From NCBI GenBank assembly GCA_964408705.1, contig CAYPAI010000003.1:5382-69381 (forward strand): DNA of 64,000 nucleotides. The letters are read 5' to 3'. Every line of letters starts with the position of its first letter. The stretch's first letter is position 1. The translations under genes were made by a program, and so were the position numbers. Of this stretch, positions 17,937 through 26,942 are shown piece after piece. The notes below the pieces were generated by a model. The model saw only the letters and a list, made by a program, of their open reading frames with translations. It did not search any database and was not told the origin of the DNA. This stretch comes from Candidatus Woesearchaeota archaeon (GTDB lineage Archaea > Nanobdellota > Nanobdellia > SCGC-AAA011-G17 > PNOQ01).

Positions 17937-18939
17937 ATTCTTCCTCGTATAACTTATACACGGCTAAAATGATAGACAATGCCAATGGACCTATAATAAT
18001 TCCAGGAATCCCTACTAATTTGATCCCTCCAAACACGCCGACTAATAGTGCAACTTGATTTATTTTTGAAGTTTTACTCATTATTTGGTGCCTCAATATG
18101 TTATCTGTGTAACCTAAGGTGACTATTGAATATATGAGTAGAAGTATTGCATCAGTTGTAAACCCTGAGATCAAAAGATATATCGATGCAGGTACATAAA
18201 TTAAAGTTGGACCTAATAGTGGAACCATTGCTAAAACTATAACTAAAAATGACCAAACCAAAGGGGTAGGAATATTAAATAAATAAAATCCAATAAACGC
18301 AAGAACACCTTCAATAAGTGCTATAATTAATAATCCTAAAAATAATCCTCTAACTGAAGATACCACATCACTTTCAAATCTTTTTTTAATCCTATTTTCA
18401 AATGGAATTATTGATCTAAATTTCTTTATGAGATTTTTCCCATCTCTTAGGAAAAAGAATAAGCAAAAGAATATTACAAATATATTTAATAATCCTCCCA
18501 ATATATATCCTGTGATTTTTGAACTAGATGTTATGAATGACTGAGATAATCCAAGTACGGTTTCCTTAAAATATCTTTCATAGTTTATATCTAAATGAGT
18601 TAGTTTTTGTAATTGATTAGATTGTTCACTTAAATCCATTCCACTTGCAGCATTGTATAAATTTATTGTTTCTTGGAACATAGCATTAGCAAAGAATATC
18701 AAAGGAAGCAGGACTAGAAATATTAAGGAAAAAATCAAAATCATTGCTGATGAATTTTTATTTTTTATTTTTTTAACTAAAGCTAAGTATATAGGGTATA
18801 GGGCTATAGCTAAAACAATTGAAGTTAATAGTGCTATCTTGAACGGAGATATTATTTTATAACTAACATATAATAGTGCAATTACTGATGCTATAATTAT
18901 TAGTTTGCCATACTCCCCCTTGTCATTATTCTCCAACAT
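17920..18939 (-). CDS. AI-2E (UPF0118) family membrane transporter
   Basis: Multi-TM; FFFLRDG, VPLLGPTLIYVP, DNILR, GVFGG...GIIIGP. Confidence 0.85.
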   Translation of the reverse strand: MLENNDKGEYGKLIIIASVIALLYVSYKIISPFKIALLTSIVLAIALYPIYLALVKKIKNKNSSAMILIFSLIFLVLLPLIFFANAMFQETINLYNAASGMDLSEQSNQLQKLTHLDINYERYFKETVLGLSQSFITSSSKITGYILGGLLNIFVIFFCLFFFLRDGKNLIKKFRSIIPFENRIKKRFESDVVSSVRGLFLGLLIIALIEGVLAFIGFYLFNIPTPLVWSFLVIVLAMVPLLGPTLIYVPASIYLLISGFTTDAILLLIYSIVTLGYTDNILRHQIMSKTSKINQVALLVGVFGGIKLVGIPGIIIGPLALSIILAVYKLYEEEYATEG

Positions 18940-19019
18940 TATTAATGATTCTGCTTAAAATATATATAAGGTTTTGGATTTTTAGAAATCTTTTTGAATG
19001 TTACTTTTTTTATTTTTGT

Positions 19020-19694
19020 ATGAGATTAGGTGTTTTATTTTCAGGAGGAAAGGATTCTTGTTTTGCTCTTGCTGAATCGGTGAAGCAAAATGAAGTAGTT
19101 TGTCTTTTGTCTATCCTTTCAGAAAACCAGGATAGTTATATGTTCCATACTCCTAACATTGAGTTAACAAGTTATCAATCTAAGGCTTTAGATATCCCCC
19201 TTTTAACTAAGGTAACCAAAGGTAAGAAGGAAGAAGAGTTGGAAGATTTGAAGATATTAATCAAAAGTGCTAAATCTAAATATAATATTGAAGGTGTTGT
19301 TACGGGTGCAGTAGGTTCAGTTTATCAATCTACGAGGGTGCAAAAAATTTGTGATGACCTAGGGCTATGGTGTTTCAATCCATTATGGCAAAAAGACCAG
19401 TTAAAGATATTGAACTATCTTGTTAAAAATAAGTTTGAAGTATTAATCACAGGGGTTTTTGGTTATCCTTTAGATGAGTCTTGGCTTGGAAAAAGAATAG
19501 ATTCTAAAATTATAGCTAAACTAGATAAACTTCATCAAAAGTATGGCCTAAATCCTGCCGGAGAAGGAGGAGAACTTGAAACTACTGTGTTAGATTCTCC
19601 ATTGTTTAAGAGGAAACTGATTGTTAAAGACTATGAGAAGGTTTATTCTAATTACTCAGGGGTTTTTAGAATAAAGGAGGTTTATTTGAAATGA
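19020..19694 (+). CDS. dph6: Diphthine-ammonia ligase-like PP-loop ATPase (Dph6/MJ0570 family)
   Basis: LFSGGKDS PP-loop, SYMFH, GAVGSVYQ, PLWQ, GEGGELET. ATG at 19020. Confidence 0.85.
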   Translation: MRLGVLFSGGKDSCFALAESVKQNEVVCLLSILSENQDSYMFHTPNIELTSYQSKALDIPLLTKVTKGKKEEELEDLKILIKSAKSKYNIEGVVTGAVGSVYQSTRVQKICDDLGLWCFNPLWQKDQLKILNYLVKNKFEVLITGVFGYPLDESWLGKRIDSKIIAKLDKLHQKYGLNPAGEGGELETTVLDSPLFKRKLIVKDYEKVYSNYSGVFRIKEVYLK

Positions 19695-20221
19695 TTTTAA
19701 TTATTAGTACATCTAGTGCAAAATTAAGTGAAAATGAGTTTGTAAATCCTATAAAAAATATTGTTAAAGAAAAAGCAATAATTAAACATTATACTGATAT
19801 TAATAAAGATGATTTAATTAATTTTGATAAGATTATAATTTGTGGTACTGCCTTGAAAGATAATGAATATTTAGATCATATTAAAAAGTTTAAATGGATT
19901 GAGAATTATGATAAACCTTTGTTAGGTATTTGTTCAGGGATGCAAATTATTGGTTTGAGTTTTGGGGCAAAACTAATTGCTAATAAAGAAATTGGTATGG
20001 AAAAAATTAAAGTTCTTAAGAAAAATAAATTATTTTCTAAAGATTTTGAAGCATATGAATTGCATAATAATTCTTTAACTGAATTATTTGAATTTGAAAT
20101 ATTGGCAGAATCTGGTAATTCTGTGCAAGCGATAACTCATAAAGAGAAAGATATTTATGGAATTATATTTCATCCTGAGGTTAGAAATGAAAATATTATT
20201 TTGAATTTTGTTAATCTTTAA
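19691..20221 (+). CDS. Class I glutamine amidotransferase (GMP synthase subunit A-like)
   Basis: PLLGICSGMQ nucleophile elbow and FHPE; intact Cys-His-Glu triad. Confidence 0.85.
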   Translation: MILIISTSSAKLSENEFVNPIKNIVKEKAIIKHYTDINKDDLINFDKIIICGTALKDNEYLDHIKKFKWIENYDKPLLGICSGMQIIGLSFGAKLIANKEIGMEKIKVLKKNKLFSKDFEAYELHNNSLTELFEFEILAESGNSVQAITHKEKDIYGIIFHPEVRNENIILNFVNL

Positions 20222-21618
20222 TATACTATTCTTGGGCCATATCCCCATAATTTAACCGCTTTGGCTAGTTCAGATTCTGGATTTTGTTTTACCCATTTTT
20301 TTAAAGGTATTCTTTTTTCATAAATTTCTCTTGCTTGTTCTATTGCAATAGTTCCTCCAGTAGGTCCATCTGGATGACCTAATAACCCTCCTCCACATTG
20401 TATTAATATATCTTGTCCAAGTTGATCCATTACTGATTCAAAGTCTCCAGGATGTAGTCCTCCTGAGGCAGTCATCCATACTGGTTTAATATTATACCAT
20501 TTTTGACCAAGGCTAGGTATTTTTTTATGAGGTTTTAAGTTTTTTTCTTGAAGTACTTTTTGTATATACTTTGCTTCACCATAATCTTCCATTTTGGCTA
20601 AAGGGGATCCTCCGTGGAGTGAGTCTACACCTAATAATCTGAAGAGTTTAGCAAGTGCAATCATAGATATTGAGAAACCATTTAGTTCTCCCTTTCCATG
20701 TATCCCTTTAGAGTTATCCCTAGTAATAAATCCGTGCATTGCCCTATGTGCATGTATAGCTAATCCTGTATTAGATCTTCGCATTGTGTCTATTCCGGAA
20801 AATCCAGTAGTAATAACATCTATCATCATGAATATTCCTTTATTTTGCTTTATGATCTTTGCACGTTTTTTCATTATGTCTATATTTGAGTGAGTTATGT
20901 TACAAAGATAAAATTTTTTATTTTTTGTTAATTTTTCTGCTCTTCTTAGTTCCTTGAGAACCATCTTTGCTCTGTTATTAAATTTATTAAAATAAAGATT
21001 TGTAAGATTTTCATCATCTTTTATTCCATCATATGTCCCATTCCCGGAAGTAAATAATACTTTTGCAAGTATGGATTGTTCCTTGGCAGTTCTTCCTATT
21101 TTAGGTTTAGGTACTGTTGCAACCAAACATCCTTTTGGTTTTTTTAATAACTTTCTCACTCCCCTAATACCATATTTAGGTCCTGGAAATTTTTCTACCA
21201 TAGGTTTTGGAAATCTTATGTCAAAAACCCTCATGGCTGAAACCATTTTCATTCCCGCAATATTTCCAACAATGCCTGCAAGAAGTCCAGAAATATTATC
21301 TAATTCAAATAAGTCTAGGGGGTATGCAACTTTAAATGTTAGGTTTTTGTAATCTAAATCATAAGCTATTGCTCTTTTTTTTGAAGCCATAGGTATTCCT
21401 GAATCAGGCCCAGAATAAACTTTTGTCCAAGTTCCCGTAGAGGATTCTGCTGCTACAGAAGCTGCACCATCTTCAAATACCTTTCTTAAGGAAACTTTTT
21501 TTGCTTCATCTAATGCAGATTTGCTTAATTCAAGTTTTATAAATGTTATTAGATAATTTTTATCTGGATTTTTAGGTTTCCACCCTTTTTTAGCTAAATA
21601 ATCAAGTTGTACTGCCAT
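20218..21618 (-). CDS. rbcL: Ribulose-1,5-bisphosphate carboxylase large chain, form III/III-like
   Basis: AAESSTGTW, GN, KPKIG, IKDDE, HAHRAMH, loop-6 Lys (AKME), SGGL, QCGGG..GHP. Confidence 0.92.
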   Translation of the reverse strand: MAVQLDYLAKKGWKPKNPDKNYLITFIKLELSKSALDEAKKVSLRKVFEDGAASVAAESSTGTWTKVYSGPDSGIPMASKKRAIAYDLDYKNLTFKVAYPLDLFELDNISGLLAGIVGNIAGMKMVSAMRVFDIRFPKPMVEKFPGPKYGIRGVRKLLKKPKGCLVATVPKPKIGRTAKEQSILAKVLFTSGNGTYDGIKDDENLTNLYFNKFNNRAKMVLKELRRAEKLTKNKKFYLCNITHSNIDIMKKRAKIIKQNKGIFMMIDVITTGFSGIDTMRRSNTGLAIHAHRAMHGFITRDNSKGIHGKGELNGFSISMIALAKLFRLLGVDSLHGGSPLAKMEDYGEAKYIQKVLQEKNLKPHKKIPSLGQKWYNIKPVWMTASGGLHPGDFESVMDQLGQDILIQCGGGLLGHPDGPTGGTIAIEQAREIYEKRIPLKKWVKQNPESELAKAVKLWGYGPRIVY

Positions 21619-22264
21619 TTTTTTCCTCTTTTATCAATCTTGGAAGTTCTGTTATATCTTTAATAATAAAATTTGCATTTTTTAAACTTTTCCAAGTTTG
21701 TTTTGGCCCATGTTTTAGTATGATTGATTTTACTTTTGCAGATTTAGCAGTTTTTATATCTTGAATTGTGTCTCCTACCATAAATTTTATTTTTTTATTA
21801 AACTTTTTTTCTGCTGCATAAATTTCATCAGGAAAAGGTTTAGGTCTTTTAACTTCATCATCTCCGATGATTACTTCGAATAGTTTTTTATCTATTTTTG
21901 CTATTTCTAATATATTTATAACTTCTTTGTGTGGATTGTTTGATACAATTGCCAGATGATATTTTTTGTTTAAATTTTTTAATATTCTTTTAGTATGTGG
22001 AAAAACTTTTATCATTGATTTTGTTTTTTTTCTTATATTATAGAAATCTTTTCTTATTTTGTTTAATTCTTTTTTTGTTAGGTTAGTAGGAGATGATTTT
22101 TTAATTAAAAATCTTGAGTTTCTCCCCCAGTGTTCAAATATTTTGCTCTTAGTTGGAGCTTTTTTATGGTTTATTTTAAATGCTTCTTGGAATGAATAGA
22201 TGATCCAATCTTCAGTGTCTACCAATGTCCCATCTAAGTCGAAGCAAATTATCATTTTATCCAA
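21602..22264 (-). CDS. HAD-superfamily phosphatase (phosphoglycolate phosphatase-like)
   Basis: FDLDGTLVD, VSN, KPFP, VGDTIQDI; overlaps both R15Pi and RuBisCO. Confidence 0.85.
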   Translation of the reverse strand: MDKMIICFDLDGTLVDTEDWIIYSFQEAFKINHKKAPTKSKIFEHWGRNSRFLIKKSSPTNLTKKELNKIRKDFYNIRKKTKSMIKVFPHTKRILKNLNKKYHLAIVSNNPHKEVINILEIAKIDKKLFEVIIGDDEVKRPKPFPDEIYAAEKKFNKKIKFMVGDTIQDIKTAKSAKVKSIILKHGPKQTWKSLKNANFIIKDITELPRLIKEEKNGSTT

Positions 22265-23055
22265 GGATATGTTTTTTTTACTGTTTTTAGGAATTTTCTT
22301 ACAGAAAGTATACCAAGCTCAGAGATTATTCCTTTAATATATCTTGGATTTATTTTCTCAAAAGCTGGGTTTTCTATTTTTAAATAAGTTGAAGATTTAT
22401 TCCAAATCTCATTTGGATTTCTTTGTTCCATATCAAGGTTTTTATTTGAAAATTTCCAAGAGTTAGTACATATATAGACAGGAACATTATGCCTATATGC
22501 TATTTCTGCAAATAGGTTGCTCCCTATTTTGTTTATAACTTCTCCTTTGTTAGTTATCATATCTGCACCAATCATAAATAAATCTGATTTTTTTATAAAA
22601 TCATGTGCAGCAGAGTCTACAAAATGAGTATTTTTTATTTTGTTCTCTATCATTTCTTTACTTGTTTTTCTTCCCTGATTTAAAGGTCTAGTCTCTGTAT
22701 TAAAAACTTCCAGATTTTTGTTATTATTTTTGGATTTTATTATGGATTTAGTTACAGTGCTAGAGTGGCAATGTGTAAAGATCTTTGAATTATTTTTAAT
22801 TACTTTTTCACCATTATTTATTACTCTTTCTTGGATGTTTTTTACAAAATAGTAAGTCATATCAAGATTTGTAATTTTTGCATATTTTACTGAATTGTGT
22901 AAACATGGTTCAGTCGGTCTAGAAGATAGCAATTTTCTTATAGAAGTTGCATCGCTTTGAAGTTTAAGTGCTTTAATTCCCGCTAGTGCAACATTAGTTG
23001 CACCCTGTATTTTTAAGGTTTTAATATCGTTTAGTATTTTATTAAATGAGTTCAT
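22252..23055 (-). CDS. Ribose-1,5-bisphosphate isomerase (eIF-2B family)
   Basis: KIQGA, RPTEP, THCHS (catalytic Cys), ETRP..QG, GAD (catalytic Asp), NKIG, NPAFE. Confidence 0.9.
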   Translation of the reverse strand: MNSFNKILNDIKTLKIQGATNVALAGIKALKLQSDATSIRKLLSSRPTEPCLHNSVKYAKITNLDMTYYFVKNIQERVINNGEKVIKNNSKIFTHCHSSTVTKSIIKSKNNNKNLEVFNTETRPLNQGRKTSKEMIENKIKNTHFVDSAAHDFIKKSDLFMIGADMITNKGEVINKIGSNLFAEIAYRHNVPVYICTNSWKFSNKNLDMEQRNPNEIWNKSSTYLKIENPAFEKINPRYIKGIISELGILSVRKFLKTVKKTYPWIK

Positions 23056-23136
23056 TGTTAAATCTTTTAAGTTTTATTTATTTAAAACTTTCTGAGCAGA
23101 AAGTTATTTAAATCAAGTTTATACCTTAATATATTG

Positions 23137-23988
23137 ATGGCTTTAGAATCATTAATTAATCCTAAACGTGCAGTAGAAAGGCCTTGGGAAATGTTTTTTA
23201 TCGGTTTTTTATATGCTACTGTTGCAGTATTCCTTAGTATTTGGATTTTTAGAGGACATGCTAGTTTGATAATGGTTTTGTTGACAGTTGTAGCTTCAGT
23301 TCCATTTATGTATAAATCTATGAAAGTTCAAGAGAAATTTGATGTAACCTTAAAGAGTGAGCGGACAATCCTCAAGAGACATGGAGAAGTTATAAAATAT
23401 CTTTTGTTTTTGTTTGGAGGGTTTCTTTTTGCCTATTCAATATGGTTCATAGTTTTACCTGCAAGTACTATCCAAACTCTTTTCGCTAGTCAAATTGAAA
23501 CTATAAACGCTATAAACTCTAAAATAATGGGTGAGGCAATTAGTTCTAGTTCGATATTTTTGCAAATTTTTTTAAATAATTTTAAGGTACTTATGTTTGC
23601 AATATTTTTTGCATTTTTTTATGGTGCTGGAGCTATATTTGTCTTAACATGGAATGCTTCAGTAATCTCTGCTGCAATAGGTGGATTTGTTAAGGAAAAG
23701 ATTGCAATTTATGCTGCAAGTGTTGGTTCTGTGAGTATATTTAATTATTTTCATATGTTTTCATTAGGTTTGTTGAGATATAGCATACATGGTATTCCTG
23801 AAATTGCTGCTTACTTTATAGGTGGGCTTGCTGGAAGTATAATATCTGTTGCAGTAATCAATAGGGATTTAGAAGGAGAGCACTATAAGAGTATAATGGT
23901 TGATGTTATACACCTTGTTTTAATTGCAATAGGGATTTTAGTCTTAGCAGGTTTTTTAGAAGTGTATGTTACTCCTCTATTTTTTTAA
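23137..23988 (+). CDS. SpoIIM/DUF95-like integral membrane protein
   Basis: IFLNN, WNAS, HGIPEIAAY and terminal A..LEVY motifs; multi-TM. Confidence 0.75.
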   Translation: MALESLINPKRAVERPWEMFFIGFLYATVAVFLSIWIFRGHASLIMVLLTVVASVPFMYKSMKVQEKFDVTLKSERTILKRHGEVIKYLLFLFGGFLFAYSIWFIVLPASTIQTLFASQIETINAINSKIMGEAISSSSIFLQIFLNNFKVLMFAIFFAFFYGAGAIFVLTWNASVISAAIGGFVKEKIAIYAASVGSVSIFNYFHMFSLGLLRYSIHGIPEIAAYFIGGLAGSIISVAVINRDLEGEHYKSIMVDVIHLVLIAIGILVLAGFLEVYVTPLFF

Positions 23989-24040
23989 TTTAATAATTTA
24001 GATTCATAATGTTTATAACTTGGTCACAATCTTTAATATT

Positions 24041-24772
24041 ATGAAAGCTTTAATTTTGGCTGCAGGTTATGCGACTAGGTTGTATCCTTTAACTAAGAAT
24101 TTACCTAAACCTTTGTTGAAAGTAGGAGATAATAAAGTAATAGAACATATTATCTCGAAAATAGAGTCTGTCAAGGATATTGACGAAATTTTTATAGTTA
24201 CTAATGAGAAATTTTATCCTGAATTTAATAAATGGTTAAATAATTATAAATCTTCAAAGAAGATAGAAATAATAAGTGATGGTACGTTGTCCAACGAGGA
24301 TAGGTTGGGATCCATAGGAGATATAGAGTTTGTTGTTAAATCTAAGGCCTTGCAAGATGATTTATTAGTTGTTGCAGGAGATAATCTTTTTGAGTTTTCC
24401 CTTAATAAGTTTGTAGATTTTTTTAAAATAAAAAATAATTATTTAGTTGCATTATGTGATTTGAAAGATAAAAATAAAATAAAAAATACTTTTGGGTGTG
24501 TAGAGCTAAAGAATGATAGTATTATTGGGTTTGAAGAAAAACCAAATTCTCCAAGGAGTAGTATTGCTGCTATAGCTTGTTATGTTTATCCTAGGCGACA
24601 TCTTCAGGATTTATTTATTAAAAATAGTTGTACTAATTTTGAGAATATAGAAGGGATTATAAATAAGTTTATAGTTAGTTCTGAAATAAATGGATATGTA
24701 TTTTCTGAAGATTGGTTTGATATAGGTAGTTTTGAGTTGTTAGAGCAAGCTAGAAAGAGGTATTCTTCATAA
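24041..24772 (+). CDS. Sugar-1-phosphate nucleotidyltransferase
   Basis: LILAAGYATRLYPLT..PKPLL, GDN, FEEKP, WFDIG. Confidence 0.9.
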   Translation: MKALILAAGYATRLYPLTKNLPKPLLKVGDNKVIEHIISKIESVKDIDEIFIVTNEKFYPEFNKWLNNYKSSKKIEIISDGTLSNEDRLGSIGDIEFVVKSKALQDDLLVVAGDNLFEFSLNKFVDFFKIKNNYLVALCDLKDKNKIKNTFGCVELKNDSIIGFEEKPNSPRSSIAAIACYVYPRRHLQDLFIKNSCTNFENIEGIINKFIVSSEINGYVFSEDWFDIGSFELLEQARKRYSS

Positions 24773-26079
24773 TGAACATAAGTGTTTTTGGTACAGGTTA
24801 TGTTGGGTTAGTTACAGGATTAGGATTAGCAGAGTTAGGCCACAAAGTAGTTTGTGTTGATTTAGATGAAGATAAGATAAGGGATCTATCCAATAGTAAG
24901 GTTTCATTTTATGAACCAGGTGTCCAAAAATTACTTGAAAAGAATATTGAAAAATCTAAAATTTCTTTTATTACAGATCCTCAGAAAGGAGTTGAGTTTG
25001 GTGAAGTTATTTTTAACTGCGTAGGGACCCCAGGTAGAGAAGATGGCTCTGCCAATTTAGATTATGTTTTAGATGTTGCTCGTAATGTTGCAGAGTATTC
25101 AACTGGAAAAAATAAACTCTTAGTAAATAAAAGCACGGTTCCACCAGGTACAGCAAGAAAATGTCAAGAAGTCATAAAGGACACAAATAATTTAAATAAT
25201 ATAACAGTTGTATCTAATCCAGAATTTCTTAGGGAAGGTAGTGCTTTTTATGATTTTACTCATCCAGATAAGATCGTAATAGGTGCACAAGATGATTTTG
25301 TTTTTGGAATAATGAGAAAAGTTTATACAGGAAGGCTTAGGACATATATTCCGATATTAGAAACTAATTGGGAAACTGCAGAGATCATAAAATATGCAAA
25401 TAATTCATTTTTAGCTACTAAAATTAGTTTTATTAATGAAATTGCTAATATTTGTGATAAAATAGGTGCAGATGTAAAAGTTGTTTCGCAGGCTATGGGC
25501 TTAGACAATAGAATAAGTCCCAAATTTCTTAGCGCAGGAATAGGATATGGCGGAAGTTGTTTCCCCAAGGATGTTAGGGCACTGAATAGTTTAGCACGTA
25601 ATAAAGGATATTCTTCAAGATTATTAAGAGAAGTAGATAGTCTTAATGAGCGTCAAAGAAAAATTATTATTGAGAAAGTTACTGATTTATTTGGACAAGA
25701 TCTTTCTAATAAACTTTTTACAATCTGGGGGTTAAGTTTTAAACCTAAAACTAGTGATATAAGGGAGTCTCCTGCTAGTGATGTAGTTATATCTCTCTTA
25801 GAGAAGGGTGCAAGGCTTAAAGTTTATGATCCTGTTGCTATGGATGAATTTAAGAAAATTTTTCCTAATCAAGTAGAGTATTCAAAGAATATTGAAGATT
25901 CGGTGTTAGGTAGTGAAGGGATTATTCTTTTGACAGAGTGGGATGAATTTAGGAATGTTAATTTTTTAGAAATAGGAAAGTCTATGAAGTCTAAATGTTT
26001 ATTTGATGGAAGAAATATTTATGAACCTGCATTGATTAATGAAGAGGGATTTAAATATCTGGGAATTGGTAGGAAGTAA
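24772..26079 (+). CDS. ugd: UDP-glucose/GDP-mannose 6-dehydrogenase
   Basis: GTGYVG, VGTP, KSTVPPGT, SNPEFLREG, GYGGSCFPKD, FKPKTSDIRESP. Confidence 0.93.
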   Translation: MNISVFGTGYVGLVTGLGLAELGHKVVCVDLDEDKIRDLSNSKVSFYEPGVQKLLEKNIEKSKISFITDPQKGVEFGEVIFNCVGTPGREDGSANLDYVLDVARNVAEYSTGKNKLLVNKSTVPPGTARKCQEVIKDTNNLNNITVVSNPEFLREGSAFYDFTHPDKIVIGAQDDFVFGIMRKVYTGRLRTYIPILETNWETAEIIKYANNSFLATKISFINEIANICDKIGADVKVVSQAMGLDNRISPKFLSAGIGYGGSCFPKDVRALNSLARNKGYSSRLLREVDSLNERQRKIIIEKVTDLFGQDLSNKLFTIWGLSFKPKTSDIRESPASDVVISLLEKGARLKVYDPVAMDEFKKIFPNQVEYSKNIEDSVLGSEGIILLTEWDEFRNVNFLEIGKSMKSKCLFDGRNIYEPALINEEGFKYLGIGRK

Positions 26080-26646
26080 TTAACTATCTCTATTCCTGTA
26101 TAGTTTTTTGTCTATTACTTTAGTTATATGTTTAGAGTTTATATCTCTATTTAAGAATTTTTTTAATTTTATACATTCTTCTGAAGGGTTGTTTAATAGT
26201 TCATTATAATTAATGTATACTGCACTAATATTTTTTTGTGAGTTTATCCAATCTTCGGTTTTTTTAAGATGGTCTTTGAAAGATTTTAACATCAATTCTT
26301 CAGAAATTTTGTCTTCAGTTTCAAGATTTTCTAACATTTTTTTTTGAGACATTAAAATTTCATTTAAGTTTCTTTTAACAAAAATTATTTTGTAATTCAC
26401 GTTGGAAGGTAAAAATCTTAGTAAAGGTGATACAATTTTTATGGCCTTTCCCTTTGCAGAATTTATCCAAGAAGAGTCTTTATGTATTTTTTTTACTTTT
26501 TCAAATTCATAGTATCCTTTTGGATTGTTTATGTCAGATTTTCGGATTCCATCAGATAAAATTTCTATCTTAAGGCTGTCTAAGATCTTCATTAATAATG
26601 AAGTTCCAGATCTTGGTAATCCTGAAACAATTAATATTTCTTCCAT
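26080..26646 (-). CDS. Sulfotransferase family protein
   Basis: VSGLPRSGTSLLM 5'-PSB loop; NPKGYYE; R..EILMSQ. Confidence 0.85.
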   Translation of the reverse strand: MEEILIVSGLPRSGTSLLMKILDSLKIEILSDGIRKSDINNPKGYYEFEKVKKIHKDSSWINSAKGKAIKIVSPLLRFLPSNVNYKIIFVKRNLNEILMSQKKMLENLETEDKISEELMLKSFKDHLKKTEDWINSQKNISAVYINYNELLNNPSEECIKLKKFLNRDINSKHITKVIDKKLYRNRDS

Positions 26647-26648
26647 TT

Positions 26649-26861
26649 TTATTCAAGGTATCCCAGTCCTCTTAATCTTTTTTTTACCCTTTCTTCATCT
26701 TCGGCAGAATAGACTTTTTTTTCATTTTCTTTTTCTTTTAGTTTGTTACATACTTCAGTTAATATATAGTTTATATATTCTTCAAGATCATTATAGTCCT
26801 TATTGGAATCTATTCTTTTTTTCAATTTTTCTGCTATTTCATTTTTTATATCGATTTTCAT
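26649..26861 (-). CDS. Small RHH/CopG-like protein with C-terminal RLRGLGY motif
   Basis: N-terminal beta strand + helices (LEEYINYIL); C-terminus YSAEDEERVKKRLRGLGYLE. Confidence 0.65.
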   Translation of the reverse strand: MKIDIKNEIAEKLKKRIDSNKDYNDLEEYINYILTEVCNKLKEKENEKKVYSAEDEERVKKRLRGLGYLE

Positions 26862-26942
26862 GAGTATTTGGTTAGTTTTATTCTTTTAAAGATTTATGAA
26901 TTTGGATTCATAAACTTTTTAATGCTATAGTTTTGATTTAAT

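Noticed and set aside
20218..21618. Autotrophic Calvin cycle or form IV RuBisCO-like protein
   Set aside because: No phosphoribulokinase in the window and AMPpase/R15Pi are adjacent, indicating salvage; the full catalytic residue set argues against form IV.
16440..23100. Integrated element at tRNA-Ser carrying the RuBisCO block
   Set aside because: No integrase and no duplicated tRNA 3' end (att site) seen; the same applies to the tRNA at 61711.
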